A DNA stretch of 64,000 bases from an uncultured Candidatus Saccharibacteria bacterium (GTDB taxonomy: Bacteria > Patescibacteriota > Minisyncoccia > Phycocordibacterales > UBA12088), in assembly GCA_964567265.1 (NCBI GenBank), contig CAZMLK010000002.1, positions 138,813 through 202,812 on the forward strand, given 5' to 3'. Shown piece by piece: positions 27,500 to 37,807 of the stretch; the stretch's first letter is position 1, and the number at the start of each line of letters is the position of its first letter. The translations under genes were made by a program, and so were the position numbers. Below the pieces are notes generated by a model. It saw only the letters and a program-made list of their open reading frames with translations. It searched no databases and was not told where the DNA came from.

Positions 27500-28270
27500 A
27501 TGAAAAAGCCGAAACGGATCGTCGCCGCCAACTGGAAAATGAACCCGGACACCCTGTTCCGGGCCAAGAAGATATTCGAGCCCTTGAAGCGGAACGCCTC
27601 CAAACTCCGGAATGTGAATCTCCTCCTCCTGCCGCCCTTCCCGTACCTGGCACCGCTCCGCGAATCCTACAAAGGGAAGAGTGTCGCGTTCGGGGCGCAG
27701 GACGTCTTCCCTGAGCTCCGCGGTTCGTTTACCGGCGAAGTCTCGCCGCTCATGCTCCAGAGCGTCGGTGCGTCTCATATATTGGTAGGCCATTCCGAGC
27801 GCCGGGCGCTCGGCGATACCGACGAGAAGGTCCACAAGAAGCTCCGCGGCGCGCTTGATAACAAGTTCGCAGTCATTCTTTGCATTGGGGAACATGAGCG
27901 CGACCATGGCGGCCACTATCTCGGCTTCCTGCGCGACCAGATCGTGGCTGCCCTCAAAGGTGTCACCGTGAAAGAATTGAAGGACATCACGATCGCGTAC
28001 GAGCCGATCTTCGCGATCGGCAAATCCGCCGACAACGCGATGAAGCCGTTCGAGATCCACGAGACCGTCCTCTTCATCCGTCGCGTCCTCACCGAGATCT
28101 ATGATCGGGACAGCGCGTTCCGCCTTCCGATTCTGTATGGTGGTTCTGTCGAGGTGTCGAATGCTGAAGGGATTCTCCGCGACGGGGAAGTGCAAGGATT
28201 TCTCGTCGGCCACGCGTCGCTCGTCCCGGACGAATTCCTGGAAATCCTCCGCATCGCGGACCGAACATGA
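27500..28270 (+). CDS. tpiA: triosephosphate isomerase
   Basis: IVAANWKMN, LVGHSERR, AYEPIFAIG(T) motifs. Confidence 0.92.
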   Translation: MKKPKRIVAANWKMNPDTLFRAKKIFEPLKRNASKLRNVNLLLLPPFPYLAPLRESYKGKSVAFGAQDVFPELRGSFTGEVSPLMLQSVGASHILVGHSERRALGDTDEKVHKKLRGALDNKFAVILCIGEHERDHGGHYLGFLRDQIVAALKGVTVKELKDITIAYEPIFAIGKSADNAMKPFEIHETVLFIRRVLTEIYDRDSAFRLPILYGGSVEVSNAEGILRDGEVQGFLVGHASLVPDEFLEILRIADRT

Positions 28271-29409
28271 ATCTTCCAACACTTGAAAGTCTGGGTGATC
28301 TCTCCGGCAAGCGTGTCCTCCTGCGTACGTCTTTGAATGTGCCCCTCGATGAAGGCGATGTCCGCAACGACTACCGGCTCCAGAAAGCACTTCCGACCAT
28401 CGACTATTTGAGAAACGCCGGGGCGAAAGTGCTGATCCTCGCGCACCTCGGCCGCGACGGCAACTCGCTCCTCCCGATTTTCGAGGCGCTCACAAAGACG
28501 CACCCGATGCTGTTCGCCCATGATTTTGAGAGCGATGAGACGAAAGTGCGGGTCGGTGGCATGAAGAATGGCGACGTGCTCCTCTTCGAGAATGTCCGCC
28601 GCGACCCCCGTGAGGAAGCGAACGATCCCGCATTTGCGGCGATGCTCGCGCACTTCGGCGATGCGTACGTGAACGACGCCTTCGCGGATTCGCATCGCGC
28701 GCATGCGTCGATCGTCGGCATCCCCCCGCTCCTTCCGTCTGCTGCAGGACTCCTCATGATCGAGGAAGTGCAGCATCTTTCGCGCGCGCTCAGCCCCGTC
28801 CACCCATCCCTCTTCATCCTCGGAGGCGCCAAGTTCGAGACGAAACGGCCGCTCCTCGAGAAATGCCTCCCGCTGTATGACCATGTCTTCACCGGCGGCG
28901 CGATCGCGAACGATTTCTTCAAGGCAATGGGCTACGAAACGGGTACCTCGCTCGTGTCTCCGAACATCGCGGGCGCCTTCGACACCTTGCGCGCGCATGG
29001 CAATCTTCTCCTCCCGCTCGACGTCACCGTCACGAAAGATGGAGCCGCACGCACCGCGACTCCGGAGACCGTGGCGCGCGATGAGATGATCGTCGATGCC
29101 GGCCCGGCGACCTTGGAAGCCCTAACCCATCACATTAACGAAGGGAAGTTCATCCTCTGGAACGGCCCCTTAGGGAACTACGAGCTCGGATTCAATACCA
29201 ACACCGAAGCGGTGGCGCACGCGATTGCAGGATCGAGCGCGACCTCGATCGTCGGCGGCGGCGACACCGTCGCAGCGATCGCGAAACTCGGCCTCTCTGA
29301 CAAATTCACCTTCCTCTCGACCGGTGGCGGCGCGATGCTCGACTTCCTCGCGACGGGTACGTCACCCGCGATCGATGCGCTCCTTGCTCCAAAAACTTCT
29401 GCCGCCTAG
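28267..29409 (+). CDS. pgk: phosphoglycerate kinase
   Basis: RVLLRTSLNVP, ILAHLGR N-domain motifs, full-length 380 aa; 4-nt overlap with tpiA. Confidence 0.92.
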   Translation: MNLPTLESLGDLSGKRVLLRTSLNVPLDEGDVRNDYRLQKALPTIDYLRNAGAKVLILAHLGRDGNSLLPIFEALTKTHPMLFAHDFESDETKVRVGGMKNGDVLLFENVRRDPREEANDPAFAAMLAHFGDAYVNDAFADSHRAHASIVGIPPLLPSAAGLLMIEEVQHLSRALSPVHPSLFILGGAKFETKRPLLEKCLPLYDHVFTGGAIANDFFKAMGYETGTSLVSPNIAGAFDTLRAHGNLLLPLDVTVTKDGAARTATPETVARDEMIVDAGPATLEALTHHINEGKFILWNGPLGNYELGFNTNTEAVAHAIAGSSATSIVGGGDTVAAIAKLGLSDKFTFLSTGGGAMLDFLATGTSPAIDALLAPKTSAA

Positions 29410-29430
29410 TCATTTTCCATACCAAGCAAT

Positions 29431-29991
29431 ATGTTTCTCGATATCGGCGTCGGCATCCTGGTCGCTCTCTTCGTCGGAAAAGTGTTCGCGCTCCCGGTAA
29501 GTGCAGCGCTTGTACTCGTCGGCATCTTATTCTCGCTCCTCGTTGACGCTGATTTCATCATCCACAAGCTGAATCCGCACATCATCGGCAAGGACCACCA
29601 GCACCGCGACCTCTTCCACTACCCACTCCTCTACATCTCGATCGGCGCCGTCCTTCTCTCGGTGATCGCGAGTCCGGCGATCGTCCTCATCTTCGTACTC
29701 TCTTCCTTCCTCCACTTCGTCCACGACAGCATCGGGATCGGCTGGGGCGTGCAGTGGCTGTACCCATTCGACACCCGGCACTTCTCATTCCTGTACATCT
29801 ACCAGCCGCGCCACAAGGAGCCGCACCCGAAACAGCTCGTCTATATCTGGAAGCATGAGGAGATCAATGAGATCAACCACAAGTTCGGCGATCCGGAGTG
29901 GGTCAAGAATGTCTACTTCAAGCTCCATCCGTATGCGCTCGTCGAATTCCTCGTGTTCGTCGTGGCGCTCATCGCGCTTTTGTCCTCATAA
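29431..29991 (+). CDS. membrane protein, possibly membrane-bound metal-dependent hydrolase (YdjM/DUF457-like)
   Basis: Four or five TM helices with conserved His (HKLNPHIIGKDHQHRDLFHYP, HFVHDSIG). Confidence 0.45.
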   Translation: MFLDIGVGILVALFVGKVFALPVSAALVLVGILFSLLVDADFIIHKLNPHIIGKDHQHRDLFHYPLLYISIGAVLLSVIASPAIVLIFVLSSFLHFVHDSIGIGWGVQWLYPFDTRHFSFLYIYQPRHKEPHPKQLVYIWKHEEINEINHKFGDPEWVKNVYFKLHPYALVEFLVFVVALIALLSS

Positions 29992-30217
29992 TTTTTTCAT
30001 CGGCGTTTTGCTTTCATACGCGTAGGGTGTACCAAATCCCTAAGGATGCTTCCCATGTATCCAACACGGGAGAGCGCTGGCAAGCTTTTGAGCATAGGAG
30101 GTCTGCGAAATCGGTCGCTGCATGACCGCCGAGTGTTAAGGCCGACACACGGACTCGAAAGAAGCGTCAGCGCTTCTTCTTGCCTCACTCCGGAAAACAG
30201 AAGATACTGGGCGGTAC

Positions 30218-30706
30218 ATGCAAGATCCTCATCCAACGGTCGCAAAGATAGAAGCGCTCCTCACGGAGCGCGGCGTCGCGTATGAGAAGTTTGAGCACGA
30301 GCCGGTTCGCACGAGCGAGGAGGCGGCTGCGATCCGTCCCGGCTTCACGCTTCAGGAAGGGGCGAAGGCACTCATCATCCGCGTGAAGAAGGGCGGCGAG
30401 AAGTCGTTCGCGATGGTCGTCGTCCCCGGCGACAAGAAGTTCGACTCCGGGAAGGTGAAAGCGATCCTCAGCGCCTCGGACATCCGCTTCGCGACTCCTG
30501 AAGAAGTCGGAGCCATCACTGACGGCGTCCAGCCTGGCGGAGTGCCTCCGTTCGGGAATCTCTGGAATCTCCCGGTTCTCGCTGACGAATCACTGTTCAA
30601 GAACGACCGCATCATCTTCAATGCGGGCGACCGCGGCGTTTCGATCACCATTCCGTCCGAAGTGTATCGAGCAGTCGTCGCGCCCAGAACGGCAGATATT
30701 TGCTAA
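30218..30706 (+). CDS. YbaK/ProX-type aminoacyl-tRNA deacylase (Cys-tRNA(Pro)/Ala-tRNA(Pro) editing)
   Basis: Conserved GGVPPFG and KALIIRVKK motifs of the YbaK domain. Confidence 0.7.
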   Translation: MQDPHPTVAKIEALLTERGVAYEKFEHEPVRTSEEAAAIRPGFTLQEGAKALIIRVKKGGEKSFAMVVVPGDKKFDSGKVKAILSASDIRFATPEEVGAITDGVQPGGVPPFGNLWNLPVLADESLFKNDRIIFNAGDRGVSITIPSEVYRAVVAPRTADIC

Positions 30707-30720
30707 CCAGACAACAATCC

Positions 30721-31287
30721 ATGAATAAAAATCAGGTCATCGCGTTCGCAGTTTTTGCTGTCTTCCTCAATCTTGGCGTATTTTTCCTTTTGAATAGGTC
30801 AGAAGAGGTGGTTCCAACTCCGAATCCGGAGAACAACCCACCTGTAACATCGGCAACGACCACGTCGCCGATCGGAACAACGTCTGTGAAGATCGCGCTT
30901 CTCGATACCACCGGGAACGGAACCGGCAAATCACGAGGCTGCGACACGGTGACCGTGGTCACGCGTACCGTGGCGACTACAACCGCGCCCCTCACTGCAG
31001 CGCTCAAGGAATTGTTCGCATACCCCGAAGGAATGCAGCCAAGCACAACGTACAATTTCATTGCCCGGACGAAGGGAACACTCAAATTCGATCATGCGAC
31101 CGTAGAGAATGGAGCCGCGAATATCTATCTCACGGGCTCGCTCTCAGGTCTCGCAGGCGTCTGCGATGACCCGCGTGCCGCCATCCAGCTCGAAGAAACC
31201 GCGCTCCAGTTTCCAACCGTCGAGAAAGTGCAGCTCTATCTGAACGGAACGGCGACCACGCTCACACCGAACGAAAAAGGGGAATAG
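30721..31287 (+). CDS. GerMN-domain protein with N-terminal anchor
   Basis: IALLDTTG..GCDTVTVVTR..LKELFAYP..GTLKFDHATVENGAANIYLTGSL..LYLNG pattern typical of GerMN/Gmad2; start trimmed to MNKNQ. Confidence 0.5.
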   Translation: MNKNQVIAFAVFAVFLNLGVFFLLNRSEEVVPTPNPENNPPVTSATTTSPIGTTSVKIALLDTTGNGTGKSRGCDTVTVVTRTVATTTAPLTAALKELFAYPEGMQPSTTYNFIARTKGTLKFDHATVENGAANIYLTGSLSGLAGVCDDPRAAIQLEETALQFPTVEKVQLYLNGTATTLTPNEKGE

Positions 31288-31342
31288 GCGCCGTAGGAGG
31301 GATCCACACTTTGAAGATTATCGCTTTTGTTATACTTACCGC

Positions 31343-31795
31343 ATGCAAAAGATACACCTTACAACGTTTATCAATGCCCCGCGGGAGAAGGTTTGGAACA
31401 CGATGCTTGAGGATGCGACGTACCGGGAATGGACGAGCGTGTTTAGCCCGGGCGGGTATTACAAAGGTAGCTGGGAAACGGGCTCGAAAATACTTTTTGT
31501 CGGCACTGACCCGGTAACCGGACTCGAGGGCGGCATGGTGAGCCGCATTGCGGAAAATCGGTTACACGAATTTGTCTCGATTGAGCATCTGGGTATTGTT
31601 GCAAACGGTGTCGAGGACACCACCAGCGAGTTGGCAAAAAAGTGGACCCCTGCATTTGAAAACTATACCTTCGCCCACAAAGACGGCGGTACGGAGCTGA
31701 CCATCGACATGGATATTACAGAGGAAGAGAAAGAACCGATGGAAGAGATGTGGAAGAAAGGACTCGAGAAGCTCAAAGAGATTTCGGAACAATAG
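31343..31795 (+). CDS. SRPBCC (Bet v1-like/AHSA1-type) domain protein
   Basis: FINAPREKVWNTMLEDATYREWTSVF resembles AHSA1/polyketide-cyclase SRPBCC. Confidence 0.6.
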   Translation: MQKIHLTTFINAPREKVWNTMLEDATYREWTSVFSPGGYYKGSWETGSKILFVGTDPVTGLEGGMVSRIAENRLHEFVSIEHLGIVANGVEDTTSELAKKWTPAFENYTFAHKDGGTELTIDMDITEEEKEPMEEMWKKGLEKLKEISEQ

Positions 31796-31863
31796 CGGAC
31801 AAAGCAAGAAAACGCCTAGGCGTTTTCTTGCTTTGTAATCGAGTTATTCTCAGCAGCATTCAG

Positions 31864-32274
31864 CTATTCGAATGCGTGGCGGATTTGCTCGGCAAGTTGT
31901 TCGAGTTCAACATCGTCGGCCATCGCGCCGGGGTGCGGATCGAGTGGCTCGCCTGCGGGGACAGGGTAGAGGCGGATGTGGGTATGGGGCACCTGGAATC
32001 CTTCGATGACGACGCAGACGCGCTTCGGCTTGAAAGCGGCGTCGAGCGCCTTTGCGATCTTCTTTGATACTTCGAAAAGATGTGAGTATAGGGGATCGGG
32101 GATGTCGAAGATATAGTCTATCTGTTCCTTCGGGATCACCAGCACCTGACCCTTCGTGGAAGGGAACTTGTCCATGAGGACGATGACGGACTCATCCTCG
32201 AAGACACGGACGCCGGGGATTTCGCCCTTGATGATCTTGGTGAAAATGGATGGCTCGGGGGTGTTTTCCATCGC
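31864..32274 (-). CDS. HIT (histidine triad) family hydrolase
   Basis: GFQVPHTHIRLYP contains the HxHxHxx histidine triad; start trimmed to MENTPEPSIF. Confidence 0.8.
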   Translation of the reverse strand, partial: AMENTPEPSIFTKIIKGEIPGVRVFEDESVIVLMDKFPSTKGQVLVIPKEQIDYIFDIPDPLYSHLFEVSKKIAKALDAAFKPKRVCVVIEGFQVPHTHIRLYPVPAGEPLDPHPGAMADDVELEQLAEQIRHAFE

Positions 32275-32701
32275 TCCAGTATACCGAGTTTTAGAGAGTG
32301 GAAAAGAAAACCGGCGCGCCACACTGAGGTGGCGCGCCGAGTTCAGGGAGCGACTGCATCCGAGGGTTGGACTTTGAACGCTGCTTGGAGTGCTTCAAAG
32401 AGATGGGCACTTTTCCGCTCTTCGCGGAGGATTCCCATTACGTATTCGATGTACCGCACCGGCACTCGGATTCCTTGGGTCCCATAGAGCGTGAATTGAA
32501 AAAGACGCGTGTCCATCAGCTCGAGGAGAAGATAGACCAGCTGCTTCCGCTCTGCGGGGTCAATGACCAGAAGGTCGACTTCTTGCCCGACGATGACGAC
32601 TTGGTTCTGCACGTTCTGCATGAGTGGTCTCCAGTTGCTGGCTTCATACTAGCGGAAGCGCGCATTTCTGCAAGGATTTATATTTCAGGTACAATACCCC
32701 G

Positions 32702-34399
32702 ATGAGTTACACCGTCCGCGAGGCAGTTCCTGAAAGCGTGAGTACCGAACTCTCCGCGTACGACCCCTTGCTGCAATCCCTCCTCTACGGACGCGGTATC
32801 GAGACGGCAACTGATGCCGCTTTCTTCCTCAATCCCGACTACGAGCTCCATACCCATGATCCGTACCTCTTCCTCGACATGGAGAAAGCGGTTCAGCGTA
32901 TCGTGACTGCAATTAAAAAAGACGAGCGTATCGTCATTTGGAGCGACTATGACACCGACGGCATCCCGGGCGCGGTCATCCTCCATGACTTCTTCAAGAA
33001 GATCGGCTATGACAATTTCGAGAATTACATCCCGCACCGGACGCTCGAAGGCTTCGGGCTCAATATCGCGGGCATCGAGGAACTCAAAGAGCGCGGCGCG
33101 AACGTAATCATCTCGATCGACTGCGGCATCACCGATGTCGCTCCGGTCGCCCGCGCCCGCGTGCTCGGCATCGACGTCATCATCACCGACCACCACCTTC
33201 CGCATGGCGTGATCCCGGATGCCTTCGCGATCGTGAACCCGAAGCAGGAAGCGTGCGCGTATCCGGAGAAGATGCTCTGCGGTGCGGGCGTCGTCTACAA
33301 GCTGGTGCAAGGGCTCGTGAAGAGCGGCGCATTTGATGTGCCCGTCGGCTGGGAAAAATGGCTTCTCGATATGGCTGGCCTCGCGACGCTCTCCGACATG
33401 GTGCCGCTCCGGGGCGAGAACCGCGTCTTCGCACGCTACGGCATGCAGGTGCTTCGGAAGTCACGTCGGCCAGGACTCCAGACCTTGCTTCGGAAACTCA
33501 AGATCGACCAGCGGACCCTCTCAGAAGACGACATCGGATTCATGATCGCGCCGCGCATCAATGCGGCGTCGCGCATGGGCGTGCCGCAGGATGCGTTCCG
33601 CCTGCTCGCGACGAGCGATACAGGCGAAGCAAGTGTCCTCGCCGCGCACCTCGACCAGATCAACAACGAGCGGAAAGGCCATGTTGCTGCGATGGTGAAG
33701 GAAGCGAAGCATCGACTTGAGGAACTCGGCGAGCCGCGTGCGGTCATTGTGCTCGGGAGCATCGATTGGAAGCCTTCCTTGCTTGGGTTGGTCGCGAACA
33801 CGCTCGTCGAAGCCTACGGCCGGCCGGTGTTCCTTTGGGGCCGCGAGACGGGTACCGTCATCAAGGGCTCATGCCGCTCAGATGGTTCGGTGAACTTGGT
33901 CACGCTCATGGACGGCGCACGCGAGATATTCATCGACGCGGGCGGCCATGCGTTCTCCGGCGGATTCTCGATCACCTCGGAAATGCTGCATCTTCTTGAA
34001 GATCGGCTCGTCGAGGCATATCCGAAAGCCCGCGACGCAGACGGCGGGCTCCAGGTACTCCGCGCGGATGCGGAGGTGACGCTCGGCATCGTGAACGAGA
34101 AGACCTGCAAGGTCTTGGATCAGCTTGCGCCGTTTGGGGAAGGGAATCCGAAGCCGATCTTTCTGTTCAAGGGTTCGCGCATTGCGTCCATGCGACAGTT
34201 CGGGAAGGAGGCGAATCATTTGGAATTGATGCTTGAGGACGGCGGCCCCGCGAAAAAGGCGATCGCCTTTTTCGCGGGGCCCGCGAGCTTCGCGAAGCCC
34301 GCCGAAAAAGGAACGGTTGCCGACATCCTCGGCACCATTGAGCGCTCCAGTTTCGGCGGCAAGACCGAGGTCCGGCTCCGACTTCTTGGCATCTTTTGA
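32702..34399 (+). CDS. recJ: single-stranded-DNA-specific exonuclease RecJ
   Basis: DHH motifs (IWSDYDTDGIPG, ITDHHLPHG), DHHA1 domain, C-terminal OB fold; start trimmed to MSYTVREAV. Confidence 0.85.
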   Translation: MSYTVREAVPESVSTELSAYDPLLQSLLYGRGIETATDAAFFLNPDYELHTHDPYLFLDMEKAVQRIVTAIKKDERIVIWSDYDTDGIPGAVILHDFFKKIGYDNFENYIPHRTLEGFGLNIAGIEELKERGANVIISIDCGITDVAPVARARVLGIDVIITDHHLPHGVIPDAFAIVNPKQEACAYPEKMLCGAGVVYKLVQGLVKSGAFDVPVGWEKWLLDMAGLATLSDMVPLRGENRVFARYGMQVLRKSRRPGLQTLLRKLKIDQRTLSEDDIGFMIAPRINAASRMGVPQDAFRLLATSDTGEASVLAAHLDQINNERKGHVAAMVKEAKHRLEELGEPRAVIVLGSIDWKPSLLGLVANTLVEAYGRPVFLWGRETGTVIKGSCRSDGSVNLVTLMDGAREIFIDAGGHAFSGGFSITSEMLHLLEDRLVEAYPKARDADGGLQVLRADAEVTLGIVNEKTCKVLDQLAPFGEGNPKPIFLFKGSRIASMRQFGKEANHLELMLEDGGPAKKAIAFFAGPASFAKPAEKGTVADILGTIERSSFGGKTEVRLRLLGIF

Positions 34400-34969
34400 A
34401 ATATTCTCGGACTCTGTTCTGTAAGAAAGGGGAGAGGAGTGCGTCACCCCAAATAGGACCACTCTATAAATGGCTAAGTTGAGCCATAACTGGGAGCTAC
34501 ACAATGCTTGCCACCGTTCTTTCTCGAATCGTCGCCGTTACTGGTTTGACCACGAAAAGTCCCCCCACCACCACTGATTTCACTATGAGCATCAAATCTC
34601 ATGTGGGAGCGCCTTTCGACGCCAAACTCATTGAACGCCGCCGCAATCGCCGACCGCGCATAGGAAGCACTCGCCACCTCATCGCCGTCTGGTGTCATGA
34701 GACGAAGCAGCAGTACCGCATCATCGTCCGCCGTTCGTTGATCGAAAAATTGGCTCGCGGCAAGTCGGTCATCGCCAACGTCTATCATCCTGATCTTGGA
34801 CGTGCAGGCGCGCTTCCCGCCGAGCTTATACTCCGCTTCAACCACGCCGAGCCCGGTCTCGGCGCGACTACCGCGCAGCTCTTACATCTGCTTCACTAAC
34901 CTGAAGCATTCCCACATCCCGTGGCCGCATCCTGCGGCCACGGGATTCCTTTTTGCTATACTGCTCAGC

Positions 34970-35404
34970 ATGGAATCACCAAAACAGACAATCACGGTCT
35001 ACACTGACGGCGGCGCGAGAGGAAATCCGGGTCCCTCCGGCATCGGCGTCTTCATCGTCGGTGCAGACGGGAAGCCGCTCAAGGCCGTTTCAAAATATCT
35101 CGGCAAGCAGACCAACAACTTCGCTGAATACGAGGGCGTTGCGCTCGGACTCGAGACCTTGAAGAAAATGTTCGGTACAAAAACGAAGTCGATCCACGTT
35201 TCCGTGAAGCTCGACAGCGAGCTCATAAAGAAGCAGCTTACGAACGAATACCAAATCAAAGAAGAGACGCTCTGGCCGCAGTACATCAAGGTGCACAACC
35301 TCATCGTCTCCTCGTTCCCGCACATCTCATTCACCCATATCCCGCGCGCGGAGAACGCGAAAGCAGATGCGCTCGCGAACGAAGCGATGGACAGGGCTGC
35401 GTAG
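34970..35404 (+). CDS. rnhA: ribonuclease HI
   Basis: TVYTDGGARGNPGPSGIGV..NNFAEYEGVALGLE..ENAKADALANEAMD (DEDD catalytic residues); start trimmed to MESPKQ. Confidence 0.8.
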   Translation: MESPKQTITVYTDGGARGNPGPSGIGVFIVGADGKPLKAVSKYLGKQTNNFAEYEGVALGLETLKKMFGTKTKSIHVSVKLDSELIKKQLTNEYQIKEETLWPQYIKVHNLIVSSFPHISFTHIPRAENAKADALANEAMDRAA

Positions 35405-35419
35405 GAAAGCAACGCAGGA

Positions 35420-36925
35420 ATGCACACGCCGCCGGGCATACTTGCCCGGCGGCTTTGTATAATGATTCCCATGTTTCTCTATCCACTCATCGGTGGATTC
35501 GCAACAGGCGTCCTCCTCCGGTCCTTCCTCGTGATCGGGCTTCCGGGAGTCGGTTTCGGTGCCGTGATCGCGGCTGCACTCCTCGCGCTCGGTTTCCGCC
35601 GGGGCGAGCGATCGCTCACCCTCGCGGCGATTGTCTGTTTCGGTATCGTGCTCGGCATCTGCCGCTACACGCTTGCAGAGGATGCGCTCCCGTACGCGCT
35701 CGTCGATTCTCTTGGCGAAGGGCGCATGGTCGGGGCGGGCGTCATTGTCGCCGACCCGGATCTCCGCGAAGGGAACACCAAGCTCACCATCGATCTCGAT
35801 ACCATGAACAGCGCGACGACGACGCTCCGCATCCTCGCAACCGTGGATCGTTTCCCTCGCTTTGCATACGGGGATCGTGTGCAGTTGAATGGCATCCTCA
35901 AAAAACCCACAGCATTTTCCGGCGACACGGAGCGCGTCTTCGATTATCCCGCATGGCTCAAGAAAGATGGCATTGTCGCCGTCATGTCATATCCGCGCAT
36001 CGAACGCATCGAGGACGGAGGAGGCAACATCATTTTTCGATACCTGTTCCGCATCAAGCACGCCTTCCTCTCGAATATCGAGGAGCGCATTCCGGAACCG
36101 GAATCGGGACTCCTCGCGGGGCTCTTGGTTGGCTCGAAGCAGTCCTTGGGGAAGGAGCTCCAGGATACGTTCCGCGTCGCGGGTGTCATCCATATCGTCG
36201 TCCTCTCAGGCTACAACGTGACCATTGTCGCGGAAGCCATCATGCGGGCGCTCGCATTCCTGCCGCGCATGCTCTCCTATGCCGCAGGAGGGGTAAGTAT
36301 CATCCTCTTCGCGATCATGGCGGGCGGCTCGGCGACGGTGGTCCGTGCGAGCATCATGGCGGTCCTTGTCCTCATCGCGCGTGCGACGGGACGCACCAAT
36401 GATCTCCTTCGCGCGCTCCTTGTGACCGGCTTCGTGATGCTGATCCACAACCCCTTCATCTTGGCGTTCGATCCCTCGTTCCAACTCTCGTTCCTCGCGA
36501 CCTTCGGCCTCATATTGATCGCCCCGAAGCTTGAGACGCGGGTCACGTGGATTCCGGCAAGATTCGGCATTCGCGAGATTGTCGTCGCGACGCTCTCGAC
36601 GCAGCTCATCGTCTTGCCGCTCCTCCTCTGGATGACCGGTATCTTCTCGGTCGTCGCGCTTCCGGCGAACCTCCTTATCCTCGGCGCGGTGCCGCCCGCG
36701 ATGCTGTTCGGCTTCCTCGCCGGAATGCTCGGGTTCGTGAGTACCTGGCTCGCGCTCCCGTTTGCGCTCATCGCGGATGCGATCCTCCGTTACCAGCTTT
36801 TCGTCGTCCACGTGCTTGCTGGGCTTCCGTTCGCGGCCTTCACGCTCCCTGCCTTTCCGTTCTCAGTATCGCTGGTTGCGTACGTGCTCTTGGCGCTCGT
36901 CTATGTGCGCGTGTCGAAAAAATAA
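35420..36925 (+). CDS. comEC: ComEC/Rec2 DNA-uptake channel protein (N-terminal OB/DUF4131 plus competence membrane domain; no MBL domain in this ORF)
   Basis: AGVIHIVVLSGYNVTIVAEAIM matches the competence-domain signature (HxxxxSGxN), many TM segments; start may be 35420 or 35462. Confidence 0.7.
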   Translation: MHTPPGILARRLCIMIPMFLYPLIGGFATGVLLRSFLVIGLPGVGFGAVIAAALLALGFRRGERSLTLAAIVCFGIVLGICRYTLAEDALPYALVDSLGEGRMVGAGVIVADPDLREGNTKLTIDLDTMNSATTTLRILATVDRFPRFAYGDRVQLNGILKKPTAFSGDTERVFDYPAWLKKDGIVAVMSYPRIERIEDGGGNIIFRYLFRIKHAFLSNIEERIPEPESGLLAGLLVGSKQSLGKELQDTFRVAGVIHIVVLSGYNVTIVAEAIMRALAFLPRMLSYAAGGVSIILFAIMAGGSATVVRASIMAVLVLIARATGRTNDLLRALLVTGFVMLIHNPFILAFDPSFQLSFLATFGLILIAPKLETRVTWIPARFGIREIVVATLSTQLIVLPLLLWMTGIFSVVALPANLLILGAVPPAMLFGFLAGMLGFVSTWLALPFALIADAILRYQLFVVHVLAGLPFAAFTLPAFPFSVSLVAYVLLALVYVRVSKK

Positions 36926-36963
36926 GAACGGCCGCGCGAAGCGCGGCCGTTCTTATTTTTTTT
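36917..36963. terminator. bidirectional terminator aaaaaataagaacggccgcgcgaagcgcggccgttcttatttttttt between comEC and sodA
   Basis: 17-bp stem flanked by A6/T8 runs. Confidence 0.65.
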
Positions 36964-36971
36964 AGAAAGTA

Positions 36972-37556
36972 TTACGCAATCTTCTCGAACCTTGCGGCGA
37001 TCGTCTCCATATTGAGCGCCGCGAGATACGCGTCGACATACTTCATCTTGTCGCCAGGAAGATAGTCGACCATATAGGCGTGCTCCCACACATCGAGGGC
37101 GACGACGACGGGAAGCGTGGCGAGCTGACCCTCGTCGTGATTGGTAACCCAGTTCATGTGGAGGCACTTCGCGATCGGATCGTAATTGAGGAGCGCCCAG
37201 CCGCTGCCGCGCGCGACGATCTTCTTGAATGACTCCTTCCAGGCATCCACCGATCCGTATTCGGCGATGAGGAGGTTCGAGAGCGGGCTTGCGGGTAGTA
37301 CTTTCGGGCCGCCTTCCAAATCCCCGAAATAGTATTCGTGGAGGCGCATGCCGTTGAACTCGAATCCGAGCCGGCGGCGGAGTTCCTGCATCAGGTGGCC
37401 GTTCTTCGCGGCATCCGCTCCGAGTTCCTTGAGTTCGTCATCGATCAGGTTCACGTGCTTCACGTAGCCCTGGTACAGCTTCACATGTTCCTCGATCTGC
37501 TTTGCGGAGACGCCGGGCACTTCGGGAAGTGTGAATATTTTGGCTTCGTATTTCAT
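36972..37556 (-). CDS. sodA: Fe/Mn superoxide dismutase
   Basis: DVWEHAYY-type motif (DVWEHAYMVDY), HVNL...H metal ligands. Confidence 0.9.
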   Translation of the reverse strand: MKYEAKIFTLPEVPGVSAKQIEEHVKLYQGYVKHVNLIDDELKELGADAAKNGHLMQELRRRLGFEFNGMRLHEYYFGDLEGGPKVLPASPLSNLLIAEYGSVDAWKESFKKIVARGSGWALLNYDPIAKCLHMNWVTNHDEGQLATLPVVVALDVWEHAYMVDYLPGDKMKYVDAYLAALNMETIAARFEKIA

Positions 37557-37598
37557 GGACGGGTTTGGTTAGCTGGTCTCGAAAAGTATACACCAAAG

Positions 37599-37628
37599 AA
37601 AAAAGCCAGGGTCCGGGTGGACCCTGGC
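37599..37628 (-). repeat. hairpin repeat copy 1 (gccagggtccgggtggaccctggc preceded by A6), reads as an intrinsic terminator on the minus strand
   Basis: 24/24 identity with 37814-37837 except one loop base; flanking similarity extends to ...gggaggc. Confidence 0.6.
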
Positions 37629-37745
37629 AAGTAAGATCAGGGAGGCTAAACGTCTGGGAGGAGATAAGCACGCGGCAATGCGTGTGCCCCAAGTCATGTG
37701 AATGACCAGGTGGGCTTGAAGCCCAGGAACCGCAAGTCCACTGAC
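37600..37745 (-). ncRNA. candidate small RNA (about 140 nt) with its own promoter TTGACA-N17-TACAAA (37749-37777, minus strand) and terminator (copy-1 hairpin)
   Basis: No protein-like ORF; internal hairpins (GACAC...GUGUC; CACGC...GCGUG); bracketed by promoter and terminator; class unknown. Confidence 0.3.
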
Positions 37746-37807
37746 ACCTTTGTACCAGTGTCTTGGAATGCTGTCAATGCCGCGTGAGTGAGGGGTGCGG
37801 GGGAAAT

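Noticed and set aside
26429-28390. 653-aa ORF on the minus strand
   Set aside because: It is antisense to the PilX-like gene, tpiA and pgk, whose products are unmistakable. It is Arg/Asp/His-rich with no motifs, a typical long spurious ORF in high-GC DNA.
35455-36402. 315-aa plus-strand ORF in an alternative frame inside comEC
   Set aside because: Its Arg/Gly/His-rich translation overlaps the TM-rich, motif-bearing ComEC frame.
37630-37805. RNase P RNA, tmRNA or SRP RNA in the sodA-upstream non-coding region
   Set aside because: I searched by eye for GGAAAGUCCGGGCUCC / ACAGAACCCGGCUUA (RNase P), a tRNA-like acceptor/T-arm end (tmRNA) and GGAAGCAGCC / GNRA domain IV (SRP). None matched convincingly, so it is left as an unclassified candidate sRNA.
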